A DNA stretch of 64,000 bases from Hemiscyllium ocellatum (lineage: Eukaryota): the NCBI RefSeq assembly GCF_020745735.1, contig NW_026867487.1, positions 3,844,001 through 3,908,000 on the forward strand, read 5' to 3'. The position numbers were made by a program, and so were the translations under genes. Shown here in pieces: positions 11,206 through 25,100 of the stretch. Within the stretch, counting starts at the first letter, position 1. Every line of letters begins with the position of its first letter. The notes beneath the pieces were generated by a model. It had not been told where the DNA came from. It saw only the letters and a list, made by a program, of their open reading frames with translations, and ran no database searches.

Positions 11206-14200
11206 TTAACGATGTTGACGGAAGAGAAGCAAATCTTGTTTTTGTAATGCTTTAATATAACCATTGAGAGTAATGAATGGGCATATGAACAAGTGCTTCA
11301 ACTCCTCTTGGAATTTTTTCTGTGATAGCGCATAAATGAAGACGTTATTACAGGAACTAAGCAACTGAAGCATGTTCGTCGCTTCTTGAAGGATGTACTC
11401 AGGATCATTGAAATCTAGGCTGTTAAAGTAGGTGGTATTAGACACTCGGACGTAAAGGAAATGAGCAACATAAATAACCCACAGAAGTAGAAAGCTGAGC
11501 GAGATAGTGAAGAGCAGTATAACGGACTTCTTTCGGTTCACAATCTCTGGATCTTTCTCCGTCTTGGATCCCCGGAGCCTCAAGCGGGCTTTACTGGCTG
11601 TTAAGATGTGCCTAATAGTTAGTGCATTGAGAAGTAGAATGAGATGGAACGGCAGAAAGGGTGTTAAAATGTGGTCAAGCCAGTCGTAAGCTTTCCAAGC
11701 AGGCAAAGTGAAATAAGTGGACTTGAGGTCACAGAACCAGGGCACTCCATCCCGGACATACAATGGCTGACAGACAAAGTACAACGGAGCATTTTTGATG
11801 CAGCTCAAGACACAGATCATACTTATGAGAAGTGAAGCAGTTTTTTCTGTGCAGTATCTGGTCTTCAGTCTCTGGCTGCAGATGGCTATGAAGCGATCAA
11901 TGGTGAAGGCGACTGTCAGCCAAACTGATCCATCCCGTGTGGCGAAACCCAACATTATTGTGATTGCACAAGCAGGGGTGGTGGACAGGATACTATCCAC
12001 AAAATAAATGCGGCTAATTCTGTTGAGAATGACGGTGGTAATGATGACAAGGAAGTCGGAGACTGCTATTGCGATTAGATAGAACGTGATGCACCAGGAG
12101 AGACCACACCGACCTCGGCTTAGTATAACAATTGCCACAAAATTAGCTATGAGTTATTAAAAGAAAGATGTTGTTGAGATAGTTGTAAAAATCCCTATTT
12201 TCATATTAAGTCTCCCCCCAGTGTGGGAACAGGCCCTTCGACGCATCAATTCCACACTGACCCTCCAAAGCGTAACCCACCAATACTCATTTCACTACAT
12301 TTAACGTTGACTGATACATGTCACACTTTGTGCAATTTTGCATTGCCAATTCACCTCATCTGCACATGTTGTGGAATGTGCATGGAAACCAAAGCATCCA
12401 GAGGAATCTCACGCAGACTGGGGAGGAACGTACCAACCCCACACAGTTACCCGAGGCTGGAATCAAACGCGGGTCTCTGGCCCTGTGAGGCAGCAATGCT
12501 CAATTGTCCTCATTGATTGTGTCCCTGAAGTATGTGCTGACATGTTCCCTTAACCTTCAGACTTTGATTGTTCTGATTACATTGTGAATAATTCATCAGA
12601 CAATGCTGGAATAATTCATCAGACAATGTTGGACTAAACAATACTGAATGAAACTGTCTTGACAATCAGTGCATGCCACCAAAGTCAATCACAAAAATCC
12701 CAGATCATGCAGCCGCTCGACAAAGCTGGAAGTCTGAATTCCTGTCTACATTCTAGTGAACCTCCCATGTAACACATTGAGAGCAATCGTGTGCTCTATT
12801 TCGCGTGGTCACAAGGCCTGCACGATGGCAGCTGTGGCGTTGCTAAAGTTGTTTGCAACTCCAACATCCCCTCTGTTATCTCCTAACCTATCCGCGACTG
12901 CTAACATCTCAAGTTTCAGCTTCCTTCCAGTTCGGCCCACTTGTACAATTCGAACAAGAATCACACCATTAAAGATGGCTATGCCTTTCGCTCTCGAAGA
13001 CCTGGTCAATAAAATATCATGTCTCCTGGGCTCTATCTCGAAATTCTTTTCAAGAATACTTAAAATTCAACTCTTTGTTGAACATTTTCGTAGCCTTTCC
13101 TAAAATCTGATCATTTTCTTTGGTTTCAGATTTATTTAATAAACTTTAGAGAAAAAGTCCAAACATTTGGGCAGCATTAATGGAAGAATTAGCCACAGAT
13201 TTACCTTGTGAAAAATAACGTAGAGATAAGCAACGAATGTTAATTTTACAAAGGGGCACTGATTCTGACGAATTAATAAAATTACAGAACGATCTGAAAA
13301 ATAAAAGGCAAACGTGGAAGACAACCGAAATCCAGACTAAACATGTGAAACATTTCTTTCTAAATTACAACATTTTCAAATAGTCACACGATTAATTTCA
13401 GAGAACACATTAGGAATGATAGTTTCTCAGTGGGAACTCATTGTGTTTTAACCATTGCACACTTGAAAAGGTGGAAGTATAAATGCGTAGAATCACTGCA
13501 TGTTCACTCTTTTATTAATTTCAGAATTAGCATGATGATTGCTGTGAAATAATTTTGTTTCACCCACAGTAATAATCTCTGTTTACATACTAATTTTTGT
13601 GACACTATGGCATGCTTTTTTCTATTAACGGTAAGACAATAGACTGCATTGAATTAAAACATAAACTTATAAAGCTTTAATTGTTTAAACACCGTCGGTG
13701 GGATAGTGTTAGAAACGGAGAAAAAAGAAAACTTGAATGGGAGGGAAAATATGGCAATTAGGTAGATGTATATCAGAATGATCAATGAAATATTCAAGAA
13801 AACGAAATAGTGATGAAAACATCAAAGGAACGAGAAATAAGTACTACAGAAAACCATCAAGACTTTTGAACACAGAGAGCAAGAGTGTGTTTTTTTAAAA
13901 TGCATGAATAGTGAACGAGGTCACAGTTTTTCCTTTATACATCAGTACGGGCTTATCATAATGTAAAATGAGGAGGTGTAGAAATATTATTAAGTATTTT
14001 GTATTAGTGTTCACGAGAGAAAGTAGAGAGAATATCCCAGCAAAGCTATGACTCGGTAATAAAAAGGAGTGTGGAACTCACGAAAATCAAAAGCATCACT
14101 GATTTGGAACTGAGCAAGTTGTTGGAGTGGGGGCCAAAATGTACCGAAGTCACGGTAGGCATCATCCTTGATTTTGAAAACATGCACCACGCAGTTGATA

Positions 14201-15115
14201 TCCGTTCTAATTTTCCAAAATTCCTTGTATTCAGAGAAGGAGCAATTAGTTTGAAAGTTACTGAATGCATTTTCTTTATTCAAAATGTCAGGAAGACAGA
14301 AAACAGCTGGCAGCTGTTATATGCTGGCAGCAGTTCAGGGAATGTTGACTGGATTAACATCTGGAGAAGACACGTTTCTGTCTGAAGAATATTTGAAAAT
14401 TATCTGCTTATACGAACTGCTACTTGGAAGATTAGCTGGTGAAATTGTGTGGGCATATGCTCTACTGACACGGTGGGAGTGGAAAGTCAGTTTTGCCTTG
14501 CGGCATTATATATTACTAACGGTCACAGATTAGAAATATAGTCTGAACCACTCAAAACTTATTTTAACGTTTTTTTATTGCCATTGAATCTCTGGTTTTC
14601 GATTCTTCTCTTCGGAATATGTAATGGAGTCAGAGCAGTTTAATATTTCTAAAGATTTCATCGATTTTTCCTAGCAATGATTATTAGAGTTCAGAGTGAA
14701 TACAGAGTAGGAGTTACAGCTATGTCAGTATGATCCCACAACAGGTTAGAGCAGGCACGAGGTCCAAACAGAACACTCCTGCACCTTACTTGCATAAGTC
14801 CTTCATTAAGAAGTTACTATTCATGCAATGCCACATAGTATAATCCATATTTCATAAAGGCAATAAATGATATAGCTTTCAAAACAATAACAATAAAATT
14901 AAATAACATATTGTTAAGTTCCATGGTTAATTTTATCACAGTGAGGCAACATTGGGATCAGCAAAAAAAAATTAAGCAGATCTTGAATAAGGATCAGCAA
15001 AACATCTCTTAAGAAGAAACAGCATCACAGCGATTCTTCACTTACCAGGTGCACCAATAAGAGCGAGAATGGGATAGCAAACGGCAAAAAAGAGCCCATT
15101 CGCTGGACCATGCAT
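11206..15115 (-). CDS. Class A GPCR, GPR139/GPR142-like, two exons: join(15115..15046, 12146..11206), 336 aa
   Basis: Exon 1 MHGPANGLFFAVCYPILALIGAP G|gtaagt; acceptor tcatag|CT AAT TTT; phase 1 matches; 7 TM segments, DRF, ECL2 Cys (WFCDL), NNVFIY; no disruptions. Confidence 0.92.
12222..12510 (-). mobile_element. Degenerate HE1-type SINE in GPCR intron (copy shared with 29420-29710)
   Basis: ttgccaattcacctcatctgcacatg...ggaaaccaaagcatccagaggaatctcacgcagac. Confidence 0.8.
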
Positions 15116-15563
15116 CGTCTTTGAGAACCTAAACGAATTTCAAAACAACAGAAAATGAATTGTTGCCAGTATCGAATCATCCCTTATTTATTCATTGTAA
15201 GAGACCACAGAGGATCAGAAAAGGTATGACATGCACTTTAATCAGAGTCGGTGAATAAACAAATGATCTAACTTTCCATGGCATAATTACCAATTTGGAC
15301 AGTGAAATTGAGTAATCAAATTTTCCCTGAGGGTGAACTATTGTCTGCAATTCTGTGATTAAGTGTCAGTAATATCCATAGCTTTTGTCTCCATCAATTG
15401 AGTTGCTGCTGATAAGGAGTCAGCTAACCATTTTCTTCTGAAATGTTATCTTGCAATTTCTATTACATTAAAATAATTTCATTCTTTCACACATCATACT
15501 GGAATGACAGAATCCCAAAACTGTGGCAGCAGGCCATACAGTACATTGAGTCCGCACCATTTT

Positions 15564-15861
15564 GGTGGCACGGTGGCACAGTGGTTCGCACTGCCGCCTC
15601 ACAGCACCTGAGACCCGAGTTCAATTCCCGACTCAGACGACTGACTGTGTGAAGTCTGCACATTCTCCCCGTGTTTGCGTGGGTTGGTTCCGGGTGCTCC
15701 GATTTCCTCCTTCAATGATGTGCAGGTCAGGTGAATTGGCCATGCTAGATTACCTGTAATGTTGGGGGAATGGGTGGGTTGCGCTTCGGCGGGTCGGTGT
15801 GGACTTGTTGGGCCGAAGGGCCTGTTTCCACACTGTCAGTAGTCTAGTCTAGTCTAATCTA
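15564..15861 (+). mobile_element. HE1-type SINE upstream of GPCR A (shared position with 33956-34250)
   Basis: ggcacggtggcacagtggttcgcactgccgcctcacagc...ccacactgtcagtagtctagtct. Confidence 0.9.
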
Positions 15862-15884
15862 AAACCCTGCAAGGACACTCTAAC

Positions 15885-16085
15885 CAGATCTACTCCCTAC
15901 CTCGTACACAAGGAAGGCCATCAATTCGGCTATGACAATGTAACTACGCCAAGACAAGCTAATTAAAACACAGCAAAGAGTGTTTGGAAGCCTGGTTTTC
16001 ACTCAAAAAGGCTTTCAGCAAATGAATTGAGATTGAACCTGTGCACACGCCGCTGCAGGGAAGACACAGAAGTGACAGCACAACA
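15885..16085 (+). mobile_element. Penelope-like element, second family, endonuclease C-terminal fragment
   Basis: Decayed EGHQF..NVT...LEAWFS...EP.YTPLQGRHRSD-type reading; also at 34275-34490. Confidence 0.6.
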
Positions 16086-16149
16086 GGTGGCAGCAGAAAT
16101 TGCCAGGATGGGAGGGTGGGTTCTAGGTGGGCGTGGAGCAATCAACCAA

Positions 16150-16410
16150 ACAGCCAGCATTTCAACTGTCCCTCCCACTCGGCCGAGGACATGGAGGTCC
16201 AGGGCCTCCTTCACCGCCGCTCCCTCACCACCAGACGCCTGGAGTAAGAACGCCTCATCTTCCACCTCGGAACACTTCTACCTCAGCCATCAATGTGGAC
16301 TTCAACAGTTTCTTCATTTCCCGTTTCCCCACCTGACCCTAGTTCCAAACTTCAAGCTCAGCATGACCCCATGACTTGTCCGGACTTGTCCTACCTGCCT
16401 TGTTCCTTTT
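16150..16410 (+). mobile_element. Penelope-like (GIY-YIG) element fragment
   Basis: QHFNCPSHSAEDMEVQGLLHRRSLTTRRLE, homologous to 61166..61411. Confidence 0.85.
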
Positions 16411-16419
16411 CCACTCTTA

Positions 16420-18193
16420 TCTATTTTTAAAGCATGCAACCGTATTTCAAAATGATTCTTTCTATTCGATCTTTGCTTAAGTGTGGCCTGTTCCTTCTTT
16501 GTGTTTCTGAACCGCTGTCTGTATGCTTCTGGTACCAAATCATAAGCACAAATAACCTCTTTAAAGTGTTCATGTTCTTTTGTTCACTCATCTGATACTG
16601 CAGCATACATCACGAGCTGTGACTATCCGTTATGTCTGAACTAACATCACTCAAAAATCCTTGTACCATTTCATCTGCCTTGCCAATGTTTCAAACGTAA
16701 TAAAGAAATCTTCAAACTCATTTTCATCAAAATATGGCAAACCTTTGACATATGTGTTATGACCACTACCTTCCCTTTTAATCTCCACTCTCTTAACTGT
16801 AATTTGCTGACTGAGTCACAAATTCACAATTTCAAAGTGTCTCTTTTGCTCAGCTAAGGACCTTCTCTCTCCTTTTCCTCTCACTCTCTCTCTCTCTCTC
16901 TTTCTCTGTCTCTCTCTCTCTCACACTATCTCTTTCTTTCTTCGCTGTCTTTCTCTCTGTTACCTCTGTTTCGCTCTCCCTTTCTTCTCTCTGTCCTTGC
17001 ACAACTGAGAAACATTTCTCTCTCTCTCTCGCCGCTTGGCGTTGAATTTTCCTCAATTGCAGCTTCTGTTTCCTTTTGCTACCTCTCCTGCACTCGTCTG
17101 TTTCTCTGACACACCTGAGTGTTTTAGTAACTCGCTTACAATTTCAACTTTGCTTTTGTTGTTGGTTAAACCCAAATCTAACTGCTTCGCTAATCCAAAA
17201 CGTGTGACTTATTTCTTTCCTGCTACACTTTTTGGCACTTCTAAGAACCATCCTCAAATCCCAGAATTTGTTGAGCAAATTTTAGAGCCAATCTCTCACT
17301 TTTAAGGTTATCAAAATCAAGGCACCGATATTTAGCAAATGATCTCACCTATGCTTTATTTAAAGATGTGGGACACTAACCTGCAAGCGTTTAAATCTGC
17401 AGGGATTTTTCGACCCCCTAGAACTATTCAAAACTATATAAATCATTTCAAACACGACGAAGAGAGTCCAAGCTGGTATGACACGGAGGAACATCCACCC
17501 CTCCTCCCCCGTTTCAAAGCAGAAACAAGAAAAGATTTACCCCATACTGTAATCGGAGAAAACACGACAGGCAAAGAATTATCCCAGAGGTCACCAATTA
17601 AATTCGCAAGGAACAAGTTTATTTATAAATTATATCAAAGAATAAATAACTAATATCTTTTCAGAACTCCATTCTCTAACCGAACTTCCTCTTCTACAAT
17701 ATGAGTCCAATAAAACCTGCTGATTAGGATTTACCAAAAATTCCAATTTCTACATCAGCCAGCAGTGGAATCTTCTCTTTATATCTTCCACTGCCTTCTT
17801 TTCCTCTTCTTCGGGATTCCTGTTTCAAAGGTCACTGATCCGTAAAGGTACTGTTAAGACGGCTGTTCTCCAGGCAGTATGCATGTGGTGCTGGGTTTGA
17901 CATGTCGCCTCCAACTGTTTGTTTTTTTTCCAGTCTTCTATCCATAGCATCGGATTGTTTCATTGGTTTTCTGATATTGTCAATATACTAAATTCATAAT
18001 TGATTGCTGATTGGTATTTTGGGGTGTAATTTAAACTGATTGGCCGAATTTGAATTTGTATTATCGTCTCCAGGCAACCACTTACGCGAGCTGCTGAACC
18101 AAAAGGGTACATTCCATCTGTTCAGAACATTTGTTTCTGTATCAGCAAGTTAGGCTAGCGTTTTACTCTCTTAAAGGTACAGCACCCCTCACA
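16420..18193 (-). mobile_element. Ty3/Gypsy LTR retrotransposon fragment: LTR plus truncated gag
   Basis: LTR start tgtgaggggtgctgtacctttaagagag at 18193; gag LPYFDENEFEDFFITFETLARQMKW...YDLVPEAYRQRFRN; RE-rich coil encoded by the (CT)n at 16880-17030. Confidence 0.85.
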
Positions 18194-18559
18194 CCTTCCT
18201 AAAAATAAAGGGAATATTGCGGTATGAGGAATGCAATGCAAAGTGTTCAAAAATCAAATTCCTGCAAATGGAAAGCAAAAAACGTCTTGCGTTCAGGAAT
18301 TTGAGGCAGTGTTTCAGATCACTCAAATTACATAAATACGTTGGAAAATTTTAGAGACTTTTGCAATTTATTAATTAAAGTACGCAGTTCCAGAATCTTG
18401 TGACCTTCTTGATCTTGGGAAGCAATCTATGGGAGTTGCAGTAAGAGTTACAGGAAAATATAAGAGAACGCATGACCAGAGCAAAGCAAAATATATATTT
18501 GTGAAAGAGGTTAAGAGCTAATGTTATAAGCTGATTTTTAAAAATAATGTATCCATGTA

Positions 18560-19345
18560 TTCGATGGTCTTGCAAATGTATTTAGTGGATACATTACTGC
18601 ATTTTTAGCTCCTCTTTGAATTGTCTCTGCAAGAGTCCATAAATACACGTGTTTACACAACAGCTGAACATTTTCAACATATTTCCACTGTCCTGCAAAA
18701 GAAACTTGGGACAGTAAACTCGCAAATAACTAAATAACTGCTGTTTGCAAATCGCCATCGAACATATTTATATCATAGGTCATCCAGAGCAAGTTGAAAC
18801 TGCCCGAAACTGACGGAAGTAAAATAATGGACATTTTGTGTCTCTAGCCTATTCTCTGGGTCACTCATTCCCTTCGTTGCCTTTGCCGTCGAGTCTCTGA
18901 CATGCTGTGCTAGCCATGAGAACATCTCCGACAGTGAAAACATTCAACAACACAATGAAAATAAAAGGAATATGATTGGTCCGAATACGTCTCAAAATGT
19001 CTAATGATGTCCAGCCAGGCGACGTGTAGAAACATATATTTCTGCTCTAAAAGCATGGCGTTATCTGTTATGGAAAATGTCTTCAGTATAAAATCAAATG
19101 GGATGTTTTTAATATATATCAAAGAGCACGCAATTCTTCTGATTACACCAGCTCTTTTTGCAGTACAATAAATTGCTCCTGATAACAAACAACCACACAT
19201 CTGTCAAAGGTAAATTCGACTGTCTGCCAAGTTGAGTTGTTCATGGCTGCATTAGTGACGACAATGGTACGACTGCAGCTCAGAGCGGTTATCAGAAAAC
19301 CAACCAGGCAACGTATAGCACAAATCCGATCCGATTTAAAGAAAG
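18560..19345 (-). pseudogene. GPR139-like GPCR pseudogene (TM3-TM7 retained, frameshifts and stops)
   Basis: STWQTVEFTFDRCVVVC; YCTAKRAG..KNIPFDF; IPFIFIVLLNVFTVGDVLMAS; SIILL.SVSGSFNLLWMTY; CCVNTCIYGLLQRQFKEELK. Confidence 0.9.
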
Positions 19346-20654
19346 ACCCATGCAGTCTTATGGACTGCAAAAGAATGTTAGAGTTGTGCACCACGGCAAA
19401 TTTCGCAGACTTCCTGCTGTAAATTGACACTGTCAGCGAATGATGATAATTAACGTTGTCATCATGGAAGTGGCTGGTCATGAATTCCTATGACATCTCT
19501 TTAATCAATGGCAAAATTACCCCTTGTTTAACACGTATTAGCTCAGTTTATGGATCTGCCTACTTCATTTTGAGCAGAGTTACAAAGATTGCTGATAAAG
19601 GCATTCCACACACTCAGAATGGAGCAGTTGTCCGAATGAATTGTTGCAAATGGTTCAAGGTAAGATATAATAGGCAAAAACATTTTGTACATGTGTAAAA
19701 GTAACACCCAAATGGAGTGAACTTTTTGTTTATATATATATATTCTGTAAGTACAATAGGGTCCAAGGAAGAAAACTCACTGGTTCCACGTACCCTATGT
19801 TCCAATTGCCAAAGACAGCAAAACATGATATCTGTTTCCATCTTACCTTATCGATCAACAGTTGCGCACAACATGAACTCATCAATGTTTTGACTGATTT
19901 TGTTTTTTTGAGTAGGCTTGACACAAACGTATTGAAAATTTTTGCCTTCATTCTTAAGGTCATGTAGGACTTGTATAATAATAGTAATGCAGCGTCCGTA
20001 TGCTTGCTTGAGATAGCTAGCCTATTCAGCAATGGAACATCCAAGGAAGCCATAGGAATATGCAATGCCAGTTGATACCATGGCGGTTCAGATTATGTGA
20101 ATCAAAATCTATTAAATTTACGAACTCAGAAAATTAATCACATGAGTTCATGTTGAAGAAGTCCATATAAGCTCGAATAAATGTTGGTTCTGCGGGATGT
20201 GTGTTAAGCTCAGAACCTTCAAACCATTTTCATTGGCATCTCTAAGAAGTGTGTCATCGCTTGAATGGCACATAAACTTCTCTTCCCTGTATATTTTCAG
20301 TTTCTTGTTTGTAATTTTCTGATATTTGACTCAAATTCACTTTCGAAGTGCCAATGTTAATGAGATTTCTTTTGTTTATATTCTGTTTCAGAAATTTACT
20401 GGGATATCTTTACAGCAGCTTTCAACAAGCCTAACTTCATTCGTCATTATGCACATGGCTGAAGTTTCATGGTCCATAAACTTCATTTAATCGACAATCT
20501 GTGGAGGCAGTACTGTTGTGTTAATTCAGATTACTTAATTGTGAAAAAACAGCAGGTTCATGTTCTGGTAATCAGACAGATGGTGAGATTTAAATTTTAA
20601 AATATCTTAAAGTACAGTAGCTCAGTTGTGACCAAATGAACAATCTCTATTGCT

Positions 20655-20810
20655 TTAAAACCCCAGTATTCCTCAGGAGCAACCTTTGTGGTTGACATAT
20701 GTCATTCTTACCTCGAATGGCCTCAACGTGACTTCTGATCCACAGCAATGTGATTAACTCTGAAGTAGCCTTTACTCATTTATGCCTGGGCAATAAATGG
20801 TTGCCACCAA
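20655..20810 (+). mobile_element. Degenerate Deu-domain SINE (SacSINE1-like)
   Basis: gatccacagcaatgtgattaactctgaagtagcc...gggcaataaatgg resembles the DeuSINE core and tail. Confidence 0.5.
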
Positions 20811-23800
20811 AGCTATACCTGCAGCTTTGCTATGGATTTCACTTTTTAAGATATGGTCACAAAATCTGTTCCACTATTATGATTTGAAGTTGGAATGTAG
20901 CACATGAAAGACGTCACGTTGGTGAATGTTTGCCATGATCGAGTCTTCTCCAAATCGTTCAAATTCATGAAAGTGTCAAACATTTGTTTTATTAAAGTTT
21001 GTTTCATTTCCCTTAAGTGACAGTGGAAGGTAAGGGTGTCTGAAAGCTTTCAATGATTACTTATTATTATGTTGTTTCTACTTACATGAATTCTAAAACG
21101 ATGCTGCTGGAATAATGTCGAGTCTGTTACACGCACGTAACCTAGAAATATCGGCATTTATGTGACGTGAGAGATAGTTGGAAGCATACAAAGATATGGC
21201 GGATAGTATCAAACATACCTTTGACAATTCGTGAATGGCAAAGTACAGATCAGGCTCAAACTTGAAAATTCCCAATAAAAAATAAAGTGCAATATCGATT
21301 GCCATTACAGAGTTGAACAGAAAATACTGAAAGAAACATGCGTGAAAAATTCTGCTTTCAATGACATAGAGATGATCAGAAAGTAATGCAGCCGTGCTTA
21401 TTTGATGCTACATTTTTGTCACAGTGCCCAATAACTTTCTACAAGAAAGAATAAGTTTACAATCTGCATCCGTTCTCACAACAATGTTTGTGTCTCCTGT
21501 CCTCTATTTCATTTCTGTGGACAATCTCGTGTCCAATGAAACTTAAGTAGCCCGGTTTAATGTTTTATCACGTATGTCAGGTAATATTCAGCTGTCAGTT
21601 AATCAGTGTGCAATACATGGAGTCGCCTCAAATCAACAGAGACCACCCGTGGACTAAGTTATGACTGTCCTCTCACACAGTGTAACTGCTGCTTTCCAGT
21701 GTAAGGGTATTTGGGAAAAATGGTTCTGATCAGTTCAAAATGAGAATCTTTGAATTATACATGCATTTAAAGAGGAAGTTGTGATTTTAGATTGGCTGCC
21801 AATCTTGTGTCGTAATATTCCACAAACAGCAATTTAAACTTGGAGTTTTTGAATACTTTAGTTTTCAAGTGTATTTGATTAAGATGTGAATCATCCGACT
21901 AAAACAGGAGAAATACCCAGTTCTCCTGAGCATTAAACGATCACATATTTTCGTGTCTGAAGCTCTTTTCTGAAAGGGCAGGAAGTTGTTATTAGAGGAA
22001 CATCAATAATGTTTTGTCAACTTCCTATTCAATATTCCATATTCATTGACTACATTCTTTGACATAATAAATGGGAGATTTTGAAACTATGCAACACCAG
22101 GTGTACTTAAATGAAAAGCTTCTGTCCGATGTAAGACCTGTCGTTGGTGTTGATGTCCATGTATGCAAGTTGCATGTGCCATAAATAGCAAGGAAGAAAG
22201 ACAGACCAGAACGTAGAGAAAAAGATTTCATCTTTGCCATTATCTCTGTCTCCTTCTTCTGTCTCTTTGAGAAAAAAATAAGGTTGAAATCCAAGAAGGT
22301 ATGCTGAAAGAAAGTATATAACTAAATCGTGACAAACTCAATCAACCATCGAATTGGAGAATGACCAGCACTTGACAGTAAACGGCTTGCCTTCATTGCA
22401 AAACTTGAAATTACTGTGAGAAAATAACTTCCACCATAGTTTCAACATGTGAAGACCTGAATTGTGTTTTCCCTGTCTAAATTCCAGTTCATCTACATGA
22501 TGTGTGTTAAAATGCTTGTTTTTCTTTTTCTTAATCGTGAATGAGCGCGTCTGTATTTGATTAGGTTTGAAGCATTACTTTTTACGTTTCAGGGTTGCTA
22601 AATGTATACATTTTTGTCTTGTGTACGTCAATAAATAGTCATGTTTATAGTACTGATAAAAACTCCTGTGAATTCTTCCGTACCTGAACATTAGTCTGAC
22701 AAATTTATAAAATTAGTCTGCACATGATATTTTATATGTTTCTGCATTTTTGCATCTTATTAACGAGTGGAGCACAATTATCACGCACTGATTTTCAATT
22801 AAGCCCTGACATCACTTTCACGCAAAACGACGAGTTGAGGCAGTGACATATTTCACTTCGATCATCTTTTGTATTTCATCCCGTGCGAAACATATTCAAT
22901 TTCAGTCTAGTTGCAGGAAACAAAAAGAACGTTGTCCCCGTTTTTATATAGCAATTTTCAAATGTTAACCTTTCCAAAATTGGAAGCACAAACAAGAAGG
23001 GGCATAAGAAGCAAAATGACACTATTTGATACCGTGAGACAGAAGCTGAAAGTTTAAGTGAACACAACTTCGCATGCTGCAAAAGAATCTGATCAAGCTA
23101 TTTTCTTCTGAAATGAGGAAACGCTGATGGGATCCTTCGCAACATTAATGATGGCATCGTCTGCAACGCAATACGTTGATATTGAGTCATGAAATTACTG
23201 TTGAATTAATATTTGAATTAGTATGCTTAACTCCACGTGCCACACTTTGGTATAGATATCTGTCTCTCGATGTGGTTGAATAAGATATTTTCGAGATTGC
23301 ATCGGAATATGGGATTTTACTCAAGTAGAAATATTCAAGATAGGAAAATGCCCTCCTTCATCATGTTCAATTTTCAAAGAGGGATGGAACCTTTGATGAT
23401 AATGAAAGTTTTGGAAAAAGCACAGTAAACGAAAGGTTTGTTTTCAGATTGACAAAATTTTCAGAGAGATGATCAGTTAGAATGGGATGAAGAACGAGTG
23501 TTTGCATAGAATGATTCTATAACATGCACCGGTTGGCAGGCGTTATACATGAAGGATAGAGCTGAAAGTACAGTTATATCTCTTCTAATATTGTTTATTT
23601 TGTTTTACGATCTTGGAGGACTCAGAAATGCTGTCTTGAATTCTGGGAATTCAGTCCATCTGACAGACAGTGACTCTCTGAGCATTTATATTTAGATCCA
23701 AAATTCTGTTTTTCCCACACAATGTGCAGACATTACTTCTCATGATGAAATCATCCAGTCTCCTGTTAAATGTCTTGTTTGAACTTTTCTTGCCACGCCA

Positions 23801-24619
23801 TTTCAGCAGACACAGATTCTCAATATCATGTCCTCCAACACCTTGATTGTTTTTTTTAATTCTGTCAAGTCTCAGATCAGCTTATGGGTCTCTAACAAAT
23901 ACAATCCCAAGTTCAGCAGTGCACGAATGAACGCTTTTATTTCTTATGTTTAATTTCTTCTTTCGCTTTTTCGATAAAAAGCAGTCAAAACCGACTGAGG
24001 TTTTGTGTCAGGTTTTCTCCACAGAAAAGAACAACTGCTGCCCATTGGAAACAAGTGCTCGCAACATCCACCTGCGAGAAGTGATTGGTGCAAATTACCT
24101 CTGCAATAACTGGAGGATTGTGGCTGTGAAAATGCACCGTGGTTGACGAAAACACCAATGTGCTTTATGGGCATTCTGTGCCCGGCCAAATATCACCTGT
24201 TTTCAAGACTTCCTGACGAGACTAGCAGAAAATGAAGGCACAAGTTTAGAGCCACAAAGATGATCAAATTTGTGCTTAATGGAGAGAGTTGAAGAACCTG
24301 TCTCAAGGAATGCTGCGAAGACACATATCGTCAGTGAAACCCCGTGATGTGTAGTTACCACCATTTTATCAGAGGCATGGATATTGTCAAACTTCCAGCG
24401 CCGCTCAGTTCGAAATTAATTGGACATGCAGCGGGATCATTTTCACTGCAAAATGTAAATGGGAAGTGTGCTGAACAAGTAAGTCAAAATTGACGATATG
24501 TCTGGATTTAACTCTATTCACATGGGCCTTGTTCAAAATCATACGAATACACAGCCTCAAGGTCGGATAACACCTCGTTGTCCTTCTCTTGGCTGTAACA
24601 AGTTCCACCATTCTCAATT

Positions 24620-25100
24620 ACCCAATCTCCATGACCCTATGCGCTAAAAAATCCTTAGATCCTTCGACAGCAATTTCTCCTCATCTCTGTCTAAATGTAC
24701 ATTGCTTATTCTGAGATGATGTCCTCTAGTTTGAGTCTCTGGCATAAGGGAAACATCTGTCTAAATTTACACTGTCAATTTCTCTAATAATCTTGTATTT
24801 TTCAACAAGGTCTCTTCTCGTTCTTTTATATTCCAAAATGTCCAGTTGAAACCTTAGTATCTTTTCAAAACACAGCCTAAACCACCAGACTGAGCATTTT
24901 CTCATCTTTCCGAAAGACCAGTGTATCTTTCCTTAAATGAACTGCTCAACCACAGCTTCATTGAGGCCGTTATGGATTCAACAAAACTTCTTCAATATTA
25001 AACTGTGCTCCCTTGATTTAAATGAAAGGCAAATTTAATTTGCCTTCCCCATTGCCGGCATTTTGTGATGTGCTGACAAGAGTTCCCAAAACCACCTGAA
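24620..25100 (-). mobile_element. Old CR1/L2-like LINE fragment
   Basis: ctgagatgatgtcctctagtttgagtctc...taataatcttgtattttcaacaaggtctcttctcgttctt, antisense of an ORF2 C-terminus. Confidence 0.55.

Larger units (their letters stand above)
9770..16085. repeat. Segmental duplication unit A (GPCR cassette); paralogue is ~19340-34490
   Basis: Collinear similarity of gene, intron, flanks and shared SINE/Penelope insertions; similarity ends after cacaacagg in both copies. Confidence 0.9.

Noticed and set aside
12756-14533. ORFs in the GPCR intron (12756..13103, 14011..14385, 14285..14533) considered as a viral or LINE endonuclease relic
   Set aside because: Frames are not preserved in the paralogous intron and no motif is convincing; the similarity is explained by the duplication.
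23040-23115. ESDQAIFF* resembling a V FR3 end
   Set aside because: Single short motif, no FR1/FR2 and no RSS.
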